From assembly GCF_006345805.1 (NCBI RefSeq), contig NC_043010.1, forward strand, positions 28,148,001 to 28,212,000: 64,000 nt of DNA. Direction: 5' to 3'. Shown here in pieces: positions 25,408-37,752 of the stretch. The DNA is from Octopus sinensis. Lineage: Eukaryota. A model generated the notes under the pieces. That model saw nothing but the letters and a program-made list of their open reading frames with translations. It did not search any database and was not told where the DNA came from. The position numbers and the translations under genes were made by a program. The stretch's first letter is position 1. Each line of letters starts with the position of its first letter.

Positions 25408-25966
25408 CTGCAGAAAAAGATAAAGAGAAACTTTTGCAAGCATGGAAAACAGACCTTAAATGACGACGACGACAACGATGATTTGACAGGCTTAAAGATG
25501 TGCATTGTGCCCCTGTGTATGCTTTGGCCTGGCTTTTATGGCTGGCTGCCCTTCTTAATAACAAACACTTTACAGAGTGTACTGGATGCTTTTTTATGTA
25601 TGGCACCAACACTAGTGAGGTTGCCATGCTTCCAGCAAGACTAAGAATTGCTTTTGACTGAAGTGGGCTACAGTAGAGAAAGAAGTGGTTTTATACTATG
25701 GGATAAACAGTTAAAGTGTGAAAGAAGCAGCTAGAAGAGGGTCACATACAGTAATCCCTTGCCATATTGCAGTTCACCTATTGTGGTTTATTACTTTAGC
25801 TTCTTGCACCTTCTTCAATAGTCATTGGCTCCGTCTGTTGTGTGTCATCATCCTTTTTGATGCTGCATTGTGTTCTAATGTCTTCTTTAGCATGGTTTCA
25901 ATGGAGACTGGAATGAAATCTTCATAACGGATTTGTTAAAGGTTTCGGTTTATCCTTTATTCACAT

Positions 25967-26470
25967 TATAGTAATCCCTCGACTATTGCAGGTGTTACAT
26001 TCCACCCCCCACCCCGTGATATGTGAAAATCCATGAAGTGCTGTATATTTTTAAAATTATTTTTATAATTTGTATACATTTATTTTATTATAAATGCAAA
26101 ACGACAATGGAGAAGTTCTTAAGCAGATCAGGCCGAAAATGTCGCTAGAAGCTAGGATCACCAAGCATAGATTGGCATATTTCAGTCATATTATGCGGAG
26201 AAAATCCCTGGAGAAGGACATCATGCTCGGAATGGTCAGTGGCAAGAGAGTAAGAGGCCGACCAAGAACCTGATGGCTTGACACCATCAATCTGAAAGAA
26301 GAGGCCCAGGATAGAACTGACTGGAGGACACTGATCGAGAGTCGACTTTGACTGAGCGGTTAGAGAGAGAGAGAGACTTAAGCTTATGCCAATTCCTCTG
26401 TGATGTTGTTTTGCATTTATAATAAAATAAATGTATACAAATTATAAAAATAATTTTTAAAATATTAGTA
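25967..26470. mobile_element. Tigger/pogo-like MITE with internal inverted repeat of about 60 bp, interrupted by the RTE fragment
   Basis: TAGTAATCCCTCG start; 26041-26101 inverted with 26408-26468. Confidence 0.55.
26125..26376 (+). mobile_element. BovB-like RTE 3' fragment with 7-bp TSD and (GA)n tail
   Basis: SLEARITKHRLAYFSHIMRRKSLEKDIMLG...RGRPRT*WLD; CTTAAGC at 26118-26124 and 26377-26383. Confidence 0.8.
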
Positions 26471-26598
26471 AATGAGTGGAAATTGAACCAGTGAGTGTGT
26501 TAAATGATAAGGCATTAAGTCAGAATGACTCTCCTCAGACACAATAATTATATATACATATATGTATATTTTCATATGTGTGTATATATTTTTATGTT

Positions 26599-26664
<66 letters not shown>

Positions 26665-26672
26665 TTCAAATA

Positions 26673-26708
<36 letters not shown>

Positions 26709-26979
26709 TGTGTGTGTACATCAGTGTATAAAACTAAAATAAACAGGATTAAAGGTGTGGTTAATCTGTCTGTTTATATTTTTCATAACCGCAAAGCTAA
26801 ACAGATTTTAAAAAAAAAAAGATATTTGGTTTTGTTTGTTTCATAAATGAAAACAGACGAAACTACCAACATTATTAATCCCCACTTCCACGCACACAAA
26901 CACACACACACACACGCACCACCACCACCACTATTACCAATGTTTCTCTTTTATATTCACTCATATTTAGCAGCAGCAT

Positions 26980-27048
<69 letters not shown>

Positions 27049-27271
27049 CAGCAGCAGTAGCAGTAGTAGTAGTGATAATACATTCTACTCTAGACTCAAG
27101 GTCTGGAATTTTGGGTGAGGAGACTAGTCGATTACATCGACCCCCCCCCCCTAGTGTTTCACTGGTACTTAATTTATTGACCCCACAAAAGGATGAAATT
27201 CAAGGTTAACCTTGGTGGAATTTAAACTTAGAATGTGCTAATGACTCTACCATCTTGCTGTTTTAGTAATG

Positions 27272-27335
<64 letters not shown>

Positions 27336-27362
27336 CAATAATAATAATGATGATGATGATAA

Positions 27363-27404
<42 letters not shown>

Positions 27405-27407
<3 letters not shown>

Positions 27408-27872
27408 TAAGGCTACAGAAATTGAGAAACCAACCATACTCTGGGATATGCCAATACACACAGATAGAGAAATTAAGGACAATAGGCCAGATAGAGTTGT
27501 CAGAGATCATCAAGAAAAAATGTCATCCAATCGATGGATCAATAACAACAGATGACAACATTTCTCTAAAAGAAATGGAGAAACTTTGCAAAGAGTTGGA
27601 AATAGAGGTAAAATGAATGTGGAGTCTAAAGACAGAAACAATTCCTATCATAGTGGGCGCATTAGGTATGATAAAAAATATTCAGGCAAATACATAACAA
27701 AAACACCATGACTTACAAATATATATAACATAGAGAAAATTGCACTACTAGGCACTACACACATCCTACGCAAAACACTTTCAATACAGAAAAAACAAGA
27801 GCATCACAACAAACCACACAGAGCTGCACTCGGTAGTGCAGTGAAAGCATATGATAAAAATAAGACTACTGA
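27405..27872 (+). mobile_element. 3'-terminal fragment of the same Dong/R4 family, following (TAA)n
   Basis: EKPTILWDMPIHTDREIKDNRPD; 3' UTR matches about 6810-7294. Confidence 0.85.
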
Positions 27873-27917
27873 ATAATGGCGGTGGCGGTGGCGGTAGTGG
27901 TGGTGGTGGTGGTGGTC

Positions 27918-29258
27918 AGGACAGAAGGCATATGGATTCCAAGTGGTGAAATGATGAAAGCAATTGAACCTCGATCCAGTTATAAATACCTGGGAATACT
28001 TGAAGCAGATGGAATTAAACACGACATGAAGGGAAAAACAAAGCGAGAGTACCTACGGCAAGTGAGAAAAATATTGGCTTCAAAGCTGAATGCCAGAAAC
28101 ATAATTTTGGCAATAAACTTGTGCACAGTTGCAGTAGTTCAGTATGGCGCTGGAACCCTGAAGTGGACAGAGGAGGGGCTAAAGATGAACAGGAAAACAA
28201 GAAATCTCCTAATGATGCATAGAGCCCATCATCCACGTGCAGACACTGATTGCCTATACATGACGAGAGCAAATGCAGGAAGGGAACTGTGTACATATGA
28301 AACTTGGGAGCTTAAGGAGATACCTATCCCAAAGTAGGGAAACCTTGCTAGTGTCAGATAGGAATGAGGGAGTATTGAAAGCAGAGAAAAAAGGGAAAAA
28401 CAAAGGAAGAAGTACCAAAAGGACATGAAGAAGAATTACGCAAGAAGGGACTACATGATCAATTCCAAGTAGCCAAAACAGAAGTTGCTGGAAAAAATAG
28501 GTGGGACTGGCTGATGAAAGAAATACTACAAAAACGAACTGAGAGCACTATACTAGCAGCACAAGACCAAGCTTTGGCCACGAATTGGAGGGTCAACCAT
28601 AGGAATGAACAAGTGTCTCCACTGTGTCACATCTATAACAGAGTAGACAAAAACCATGGCCCATATCATGAATGAATGCCCTACAATTCTTCAAAACCAC
28701 AAGTTGTGGCAGTGCAATAAGGTAGTGAAAGTGCTACATTGGAAACTGTGTGTAAAGTAGGGGTTAGAGAGAGGCAAGACATGGTATGAGCACAAACTGC
28801 AGAGAGTGGTGGAGTTGGAGACTAGCAAAATCCTCTGGGATTTCCCAATCCAAGCAGATCAAGTGCTAGAGGATAACAGACCGGACCTAGTGGTGGTGGT
28901 CAAGATGAGCCACATATGCTATATAATGCCTCTTTGACCCATAAATAGTCAAGAACGAAGGTGAAAAGATAGATAGATACAACCCTCTTAAGTACAAAAT
29001 AGCCCAGCTATGGACAGTGAAGCAGGTAAAGATAGTGCCAATTATTGTTGGGTCCTTGGGGACAGTATCAGAAGGCATCAAAAGGAATATAAAGGAAAAC
29101 AGAATAGAGTGCCCAGCAGAATTGTTACAAAAAGTTTGCCTTCTTGACACCGCCAGAATAATCAGGGAAGTATTAGATAGCTGAAAAGAACGGATAGCAT
29201 GGTACCACAGGTTGCAGGTAGTAAGCCAGAAGTTCCAACAAAACTTGTGATAAAAAGA
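27918..29258 (+). mobile_element. Degenerate Dong/R4-type LINE of a second subfamily, ending in (TAA)n
   Basis: YKYLGILE, LASKLNARN, HHPRADTDCLY, TESTILAAQDQALAT, LWDFPIQADQVLEDNRPDL. Confidence 0.8.
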
Positions 29259-30059
29259 AATAATAATAATAATAACTAGCTGGACATGTGAAAAATTCAT
29301 GGAAACGTAAAAAATGTAATCATCTCAAAACAGTGTACTGGTGCCATGAGAAATGCTTGCATATTATGACCATCTGTCTACGTTCTGAATTCAAATTCTT
29401 CTGAGATTGACTTTACCTTTCGTCCTTCCAAGGGTCGATAAATTAAGTACCAGTTGCTCATCAACTTGCCCCCTCCCCACAAAAATTTCAGGCCTAGAAA
29501 AGTATACTGTGACAGTTACAGAATATGGAATGTAATGTAACACCAATGGCTATATACTCCAGCCAAAATATCTCAGTTACACAAATGTAAACAGAATTAC
29601 TATTTAACCTTAGAATACATCATAACATATTCAAAGAACCTTCTTGGTTTAGTGGTACGGAACGTTTTTCTGGTATTCTTTTACTTGTTTCAGTCATTTC
29701 ACGGTGACCATGCTGCAGCACCACCCTTTAGTCGAAGAAATTGACCCCTGGACTTATTCCCTGTAAGCCTGGTACTTATTCTATCAGTCTCTTCTGCTGA
29801 ACAGCTAAATTACAAGGACACAAATGCACCAACATCAGTTGACAAACAATGGTGGTGTTGGGACAAACACACACACATACATACATGACAGGCTTGGAGG
29901 TAGTGGTGATGCTGGTTGGTGCAATTTTGTGGTTTGCTTGTATGCTGAGAGAGATCCAGCAGGCCCCTAACTGTTTCCCTGATCTTAAAGGTGTAATGTG
30001 GATGTATAATGATGGAGTGGCTTGTGTGCTGATGATGCTAGCTGGTGCGGTGGTCTTCC

Positions 30060-30400
30060 TTACAGTACCTCATGGTAGACAATATTTTGTGTGTACGTCA
30101 CACCACATTTTTGGCCTTGTCTGTTATCTCAGTGTCACAACACTTACTTTGATATTGTTCATAGCTCGTGCTCTTGAAAATGCAACATATAACTGGCCAT
30201 GAGAAAATACCAGTTGAGGCAAATGTATTCTAACTTTTTCAAATGTTTTCCCTTGAGCCTTATTAATTGTCATTGAATATGCAAGTCGGAGTGGAAACTG
30301 AAGTCTGTTTAGTGTGAATGGAATATTTTGCACCACTTGGGCTAAGTTTAATTCTGGGAATTTCTTTTTTTTTCCATTTCTTCTGGCATGCAGTTGTTGA
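30060..30400 (-). mobile_element. Helitron RepHel (PIF1-type helicase) C-terminal fragment
   Basis: RLQFPLRLAYSMTINKAQGKT...FSHGQLYVAFSRA; after a frameshift the terminal TQNIVYHEVL*. Confidence 0.88.
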
Positions 30401-30561
30401 AAATTTCTGAGTACAAATGTACAAATTGAAATGCAAAAGAGTGAAATAATAAATGGATTTATAAATAAAAGTTTGGTAATTGCGTTTATTTCCACCACAC
30501 AACACTTATTGCAAACATGTTTTAACTAACCTATACTATATACACACATGCAAATTACATT

Positions 30562-33181
30562 CATCATCATCATCATTTAACGTCTGTTTTCCATGCTAGC
30601 ATGGGTTGGACGGTTTGACCGGGGTCTGGGAAACCAGGAGGTTGCACCAGGCTCCAGTCTGATCTGGCAGTGTTTCTATAGCTGGATACCCTTCATAACG
30701 CCAACCACTCCATGAGTGTAGTGGGTGCATTTTACGTGCCAGGTGAGGCTGGCAACAGCCACGATCGGTTGGTGCTTTTTACGTACCACCAGCATGGAAG
30801 CCCTTCAAGGTGGTGCTGGCATCGACCATGTATGGATGGTGCTTTTTATGTGCTACTGGCACAGGTGCTAGGGGAGGCTTGAAACAGTCATGATCAGTTG
30901 GTGGTTTTTACGTGCCACCAACACGGAAGCCAGACAAGGCGGCGCTGGCATCAGCCACATACAGTTGGTGTTTCTTACGTGCCACCGGCACGGATGCCAG
31001 TCAAGACAGTGCTGGCATTGGCCACGTATGGATGGTGCATTTTACGTGCCAGCAGCACAGGTATCACAACTACAATTTCCATTTGATCTTTTGATGTTGA
31101 TGTACTTGACTCAATAGGTCTCCTCAAGCACAGCAGGTTGCCCTATGATCCAAGGTAAGTACAGCAAGCCGTCCTATGATCCAAGGCACTTTGGAAGGGC
31201 TGGGGCAGGAGACAGCAGTGAACTCACATTATTGTCGGGTCTTCGCAGTCACAGCATATCTCTAGAGGTCTCGGTCTTCCGTCATTGCCTCTGTGAGGCC
31301 CAGCGTTCGAAGATCATGCTTGACCACCTCATCCCATATCTTTCTGGGTCTATCTCTACCCCAGATTCCTTCTCTCCTCATCCATTCGCAGTACATGACC
31401 ATACCAGCGCAAACGTCTCTCTTGCACGTCACATCCAATGCTTCTTATGTCCAGCATTTCTCTCAGGGCACTTACACTCTGTCGTGTATGCACACTGACA
31501 TTACACATCCAGCGGATCATGCTAGCTTCATTTCTTTCAAGCCTATGCATGTCCTCTGCAGTTATAGCCCATGTTTCACTACCGTGAAGCATGGCAGTTT
31601 GCACACATGCGTCATACAATCTACCTTTCACTCTGAGTGAGAGACCCTTTGTCACCAGTAGGGGTAGAAGCTTTCTGAACTTTGCCCAGGCTATTCTTAT
31701 TCTAGTGGTAACACTCTCTGAGCATCCACCCCCACTACTAACTTGGTCACCTAGGTAGCGGAAACTATCAACTACTTCTAGTTTCTTCCCCAGGAGTGTA
31801 ATGGAATCTGTTTTCTGAGTATCAATGGTGTCTATTGCTCCTGTACATCTGCCGCACACAAAAGTTATCTTCTCAGTTAATTTTCCTTTGATGGTGCTGC
31901 ACCTCTTATGTGTCCATAGCTTACACTGGGTACATCTGATGAAGTTTCTACCTACACCTTTTCTACAGATCGCCTTCCTACTGACTATAACTTTGGTCTT
32001 TGCTACATTGACTCTAAGGCCTTTTGATTCTAAACCTAGCTTCCACACCTGGAATTTCTTTTCTAGTTCTGGTAGTGATTCTGCTATGAGGGCCAGGTCA
32101 TCCGCATAGAGGAGCTCCCAGGGGCAACCCATCTTGAATTCCTCTGTTATTGCCTGGAGGACTATGATGAATAAAAGGGGACTGAGGGCTGAACCTTGGT
32201 GGACCCCTACTTCTACCCGGAATTCTTCACTATACTCATTGCTAATCCTAACCTTGCTGACAGCCTCTCTGTATAGGGCCTGTACAGCCCTTATTAACCA
32301 TTTGTCAATCTCCAGTTTCCGCATCGCCCACCAGATAAGGGATCAGTGGACCCTGTCAAAGGCTTTCTCCAAGTCCACAAAAGCTATGTAGAAGGGTTTT
32401 TCTTTAACTAGGTATTTCTCCTGCAGTTGTCGAACCAGGAATATGGCATCAGTGGTGCTTCTACCTGGCACAAAACCGAGCTGCATCTCATCTAAGCAAA
32501 CTCTCTCCCTAATGAGATGGGCTATGACCCTCTCTGTGACCTTCATCACCTGATCCAACAGTTTAATACCCCTGTAGTTATTTCTATCTAGAGCATCACC
32601 TTTACCCTTGTAGCAGTTGACTATGGTGCTGCTACACCAGTCATTGAGTATGATTCCATTTTGAACTACCTGGTTTACAATGTGGGTGACTAGGCCATTG
32701 CCCACACCACCAGATGTTTTAAGCATCTCAGCAGTGATTCCTGATGAGCCGGGGGCTTTTCCTGGTTTCATACCCTTAATTGCTTTAACTACTAGGGAGC
32801 TATCTATTCGGATAGCTGGTCCCTCTACTGGTCCAACATTTGGCAGGCTCTCTTCCTCCCATTCATTCTCCACATTCAGCAGTCTCTCATAATGGCTTCT
32901 GCAAGCCTCTTTCTTTTCAGACACATTGAAAGCAAGTGCACCATCATCCATGCAGATGCATTTCTCTCCTGTGACATCACAATTTTCTCTCACACACTGT
33001 CTTGTGATCCCAAATACCTCAGTTCTTTGGTCCTCACGTCGCTGGACATTGACAAACTTCTTTTCTGTTTCACCCTTGGCTATGTATACCTGCCGCCCAG
33101 GCTCCCTTTTGGCTACCTGGTTCAGTTCCCTGCTACCCCCATCCCTCTAGGCTTTCCGAGCCTGTTTCTTTGCTCTAATGG

Positions 33182-33186
<5 letters not shown>
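30562..33186 (-). mobile_element. 5'-truncated RTE-clade LINE with 3' UTR tandem repeats and (GAT)n tail
   Basis: ORFs 32343-32993 and 31356-32324: KAPG, YRGIKLL, FVDLEKAFD, GVHQGSALSPLLF, LLYADDL, RRLRWYGHV; 3' UTR ends ...GCATGGAAAACAGACGTTAAATGATGATGATG. Confidence 0.92.
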
Positions 33187-33224
<38 letters not shown>

Positions 33225-33262
33225 ATATATATGTATGTATATATATATATATATATATATAT

Positions 33263-33775
33263 CTGTGTTTCTAGCACATATTTCGCCTTAATGTACTGAT
33301 ATATGAAAAATATATGGCTTGTGCTAGAAATACCACCGATAATAATTAATGTTATTTTATCGCAATTTGACTTGTTTACATATTTCTCGATAAATTTTGA
33401 GCGTTAGACAATATACCAGAAATCCCTAGTTTTGTCGGGACGTTCTGAGTCTGCGCAGTGATCTGATTAGTTAGAGAGAGCAAATCATTAGAAGCACATG
33501 CTTCTAGTGAGTTAGGATCTCAGAACAACAGGGCTCTTATCGATGAATTCTCCCTGAGCAAATAAATTATCTTTATTGCTGAAAAGAACGAAACTGCAGT
33601 CTAAGAGGAACCGAGTTAGTAAATGTTTTTATCTTCATTTCACTAAATTTATCTAGCTTCTGTGTTTCTAGCACATATTTCGCCTTAATGTACTGATATA
33701 TGAAAAATATATGGCTTGTGCTAGAAATACCAGCGATAATAATTAATGTTATTTTATCGCAATTTGACTTGTTTA
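33263..33775. repeat. 116-bp direct repeats (33263-33378, 33660-33775) around a 281-bp spacer, in (TA)n
   Basis: Two copies with one mismatch. Confidence 0.9.
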
Positions 33776-33779
33776 TATA

Positions 33780-33834
<55 letters not shown>

Positions 33835-34503
33835 CAAAATTTAATTTGTAATTAAATGTAATTTGTAGAACTTTATACACACTGGATTTCAGTCGAGCGT
33901 TCTGTATCTAGTTCTGGTAATTGTGTTTTGTAAACGACAGACTATGCTGATGATCTTGCAGATGTTTACGTATCCATATATGTAAATATTAACAAGTGAA
34001 ACTAATTAGTACATAGGTAATCATTTTTTTTATTTCGTATATTTTCATTTGTTTTGCTTATTTTTACACTTTGGTTTTTCGCTGAATTTTTTCTTGAGAA
34101 CACATTCTTCATGGAAAATGGCGATTTTGACGTCTATATCTAGCATACACACTGTCCACTTTTAGTCCTCTAAATTTTGTATGTAAAAAAACATTTAATC
34201 TTTGAATTTTTTAAAAATATGCTAGGCCACTGGTTTTAATTGATTAATATCAATTCCTACCCTTATTTAATTTTTTATATATATATATATACATGTCTCA
34301 AGTTGTAGCTGTGGAGTACTCAACCATCTGTGAGTTAATTCTATTCTTGTGTGATAATGGAAAGTGAAACTGACAGCCAATATTTGCTTGTCTCTCTCAC
34401 TTTCTCTCTGTCTCTTTCACTTCTTTTGTGTCCCTTTTCTCTTCCGCTTTTGATTAAATAATGTGTATATGTATCTATGTATCTACTTCTCTTGCAATGT
34501 GAT

Positions 34504-34760
34504 AAACATTTAAAAACACAAAACGAATGCCGTCACCATTCACTGTCTCTTTCACTCTCTCTTTCTCTATCACTTTTTCTCACTCTTTCTTTCTCTCTTA
34601 CGTCCTCTCTGAAACATTTAAAAACACAAAATGAATGCCATCACCATTCACTGTCTCTGTCATTCTCTCTCTCATTCTCTTTCACTCTCTCACTTTCTTT
34701 CTCTTTTACTTCCTCTTTGAAACATTTAAAAGCACAAAATGAATGCCGCCACCACTGATG
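34504..34760. repeat. Minisatellite with period of about 108 bp, three units
   Basis: AAACATTTAAAA.CACAAAA.GAATGCC at 34504, 34612, 34720. Confidence 0.85.
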
Positions 34761-35079
34761 TCTCTTTCACTCTTACTCTCTTACTTCTTCTCTCTCTCCT
34801 CCTCTCTCTCGCTTTGCCACTTCAAAGAAGTGTGACGCACACAACAGGTACAAAATGTTAGCGAATTAATATTATTGATAATAATAACAGTAATAAAAAT
34901 AATAATAATAATTCTAGAACACCCAGAAAAACATCATTGCTTGGTACTGCAAGATTTCTCTGCAGGGTTTTTGAAGCATGACAAGTAAACAAGTGTCACC
35001 TTAGTCTGCTGGCTGTGGACAGCTGACACTTTCCATCAGACCCAGCAAAATAAGCTGTGAGTTTCCATCAAATAATAAT

Positions 35080-35460
35080 CCCTTGGTGGCTGACGATATG
35101 TGCATTTCTGATCACAAGCAGTAGTGGGGAAGCATCATAGCCATGTGTTGAGAGGGATTCTTTGCAGTTTGGATAATTTATCTCTGGAAACATGGGTGTT
35201 TCATTCAACATCCTTAATCAAACCTTATTCAGGGACCTTTTGAGAGGGAGGGGCTACTTGACCTGAAGAAAATTCTAACTGGGCCCCCACCTGTAAGGTC
35301 ATGTGCTGTTTACCTTGATATGATATCACCATGTTGTGTGCATATGGTTGTGATGCATGTGCCTGGTGTATCCTTATCAGATTGGTAGTCATGATGGGTA
35401 TACTGGGCTTCATATATTTGTACCTCTGTGTCACTTTGAGAGCACTACTCTCTCACTCAA
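35080..35460 (+). mobile_element. Family F element, 3' part
   Basis: Aligns with about 7490-7870. Confidence 0.8.
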
Positions 35461-35479
35461 CAATAACAACAGCAACAGC

Positions 35480-35820
35480 TGATTCGTCTCTAACCAGGCA
35501 GCAGCAGGTGACACTCAGCCGACTTAGAAGTGGTCATCACCCGGACCTCAAGTACTGGCTCTACAAGATCGACCGAGCCATAGACAGAACCTACAGAAAG
35601 TCTGGAGTGGGGGGGAGGAAACGGTGGAGCATGTCATCTATGACTGTCCACAGATCCCTCGCCCGCCACAAATACCAAATCCCCCAGACACTCTGGCCAG
35701 TGACCCTATCCTTGCCCTTCGGATCCGAGAAAAGTGGACTTCCGCTCCCGACCTGCCAGACGTCGCCCAAACCACAGAACAGATGCAGTGAAATCAGCCT
35801 TACCCATCTTGTTGCTTAAG
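35480..35820 (+). mobile_element. I-group LINE 3' fragment (C-terminal zinc-knuckle region)
   Basis: QVTLSRLRSGHHPDLKYWL..., then after a frameshift EETVEHVIYDCP. Confidence 0.7.
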
Positions 35821-36564
35821 AAGAATAACAACAGCAGTAGCTATTTCTAACATACACACAAAGCAAGAAATCTTTCAATGAGGAGGAGTAAGGTGAGTAA
35901 AGTAAGGCAAAGTTAACTTGGATAAGATTTGAACCCAGAATATAAAAATTTGGAAGAAACATTGCAAAGCATTTTCTTCACTGTACCAACAATTCTACCA
36001 TTTGACTACCTTTAAATAATAAAAGAGGTGAGAATTGGCAGAGTCATAAGAACATTGAACAGGTCGCTATTGCTTCATGACATTTGTTCTGACTCTCTAC
36101 ATCATGGGTTCAAATCACGCCATGGTCAAGTCTGTCTTTTATCCTTTCAAGGTCAATAAAGTAGCAGCCAAATGCTGTGGATTGGCAGACCTGTAAGAAC
36201 TTCAAACCAGACACTTTGCAGTGTTTCGTCCAGCTCTTCATGTTCTGAGTTCAAATCCTACCATAGCTTACTTAGGTCACATTTACTTAATTCAGTGTCC
36301 AGTTTAATGCCACTCTTTGGCATTAGTGGAGTCCACTCTGTTGTAAGCATTTGAGCCAGGTTTCCAGCTCAAAGATATCTTCCTCCTTCACACCCTATCA
36401 CCAGAGTTCAGAGAGAATCCATTTGTTATCAACAGATCTAGAAATTTCCTGAACTTTTACTCCACCCTGTCCTTACTCTGGCTCCATTGTTTTCTGTACA
36501 ACCACTTCCACTGTTGTTAAATGAGTGTTATAAAAACTGAAAGTGCCAAAATAATGAAACTTAC

Positions 36565-36744
36565 CTCCCGATCTGTTCTGTAGTGGTCTATGGCCCACAC
36601 AGTTGCAACATGTGTTTTTACAAGTTCATTTAGGCAGTATTTTACTCCAGTTGCCCATGCACAAATCAGGCAGGTCTTACCAACACCTGGGTCCCCAACA
36701 ATGACACATTTCACAAACTCAGCTTGACTGTTCTGTTTAACCAT
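36565..36744 (-). CDS. RhoBTB: RhoBTB coding exon 1 (GTPase N-terminus, P-loop)
   Basis: MVKQNSQAEFVKCVIVGDPGVGKTCLI...VWAIDHYRTDRE; GxxxxGKT P-loop; ends GAG|GTAAGT (phase 0); pyrimidine-rich TTTCAG acceptor upstream at 36770-36771. Confidence 0.93.
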
Positions 36745-37205
36745 CCCTAGTATTTACATGAGATAGGCACTGAAAGAAGAGAAAGAAAGAAAAATAGAAG
36801 ATTTTAGACAGATATGGCTGTTTGAATTTTAAGAAGTCTGTTTTCAAAACATGTGGTTTCAGGTTCAGTCCCACTGCATGGCACCTCCGACAAGTGTCTT
36901 CTATTATAAACCCAGGCTGACCAATGCTTTGTGAGTAGATTTGGCAGACAGAAACTGTGCAGAAACCTGATGTGTTGCTTCCCAACCACATGGATCCAGG
37001 TTCGGTCCCACAGTATGGCACCTTGGGCAAGTGTCTTCTATTATAACCCCAGGCTGACCAATGTTATGTGAGTGGATTTAGCAGAGGTTTTAGGTTCAGT
37101 CCCTTGGCATGGCACCTTGGGCAAGTGCCTTCTGCTATAGCCTTGGGCCAACCAAAGCCTTGTAAGTGGATTTGGTATTCAGAAATGAATACTTTCTCGA
37201 ACATA

Positions 37206-37752
37206 CCCTTTAATTCTTTAACCTGTAAACCAGCCATATTTTACCTATTCTATGTCCAGTCCAGCTAGATCTGGCTGCTTGCACCTACCCTCCAATGTCA
37301 TTTTAAAAACAGACAATCGCATCATCAAAATCTCAAAGCTATAAGATAATGCATGATTAATTCAAATCTATTTGAATAAATAAACATTTTTTTATTTATT
37401 TATGTGCCCTTTTCAAGCCTAGCCAGGCTCATGGGCCCAGTTTCCTGGTTTCTATGGTGTATGTGTTCCCCCCAGTTGGATGGGATGCCAGTCCATTGCA
37501 GCATTACTCAAGAAGCAGGAAGAAAGAGTGAGAGAAAGTTGGGGCGAAAAAGTACAACAGGGGTCGCCACCACCTCCTGCCGGAGCCTCGTGGAGCTTTA
37601 GGTATTTTCGCTCAATAAACACACACAACGCCCAGTCTGAGAATCAAAACCGTGATCCTCCGACCGCGAGTCCACTGCCCTAACCACTGGGCCATTGCGC
37701 CTCCAAAATAAGCATAACATTTGACCAAATAATCTGAGTGCTAAAGGGTTAA
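37206..37752 (-). mobile_element. piggyBac-like MITE copy interrupted by a SINE-containing insert
   Basis: MITE halves at about 37206-37390 and 37706-37752 flank the insert. Confidence 0.55.
37505..37704 (-). mobile_element. SINE family A, 5' half
   Basis: Head and body match. Confidence 0.75.

Noticed and set aside
30720-31060. Regularly spaced repeats resembling a CRISPR array
   Set aside because: Degenerate units with related spacers inside an RTE 3' UTR in eukaryotic DNA; no cas genes.
33948-34030. TGATGA as a snoRNA C box
   Set aside because: No D box (CTGA) at a suitable distance and no terminal stem.
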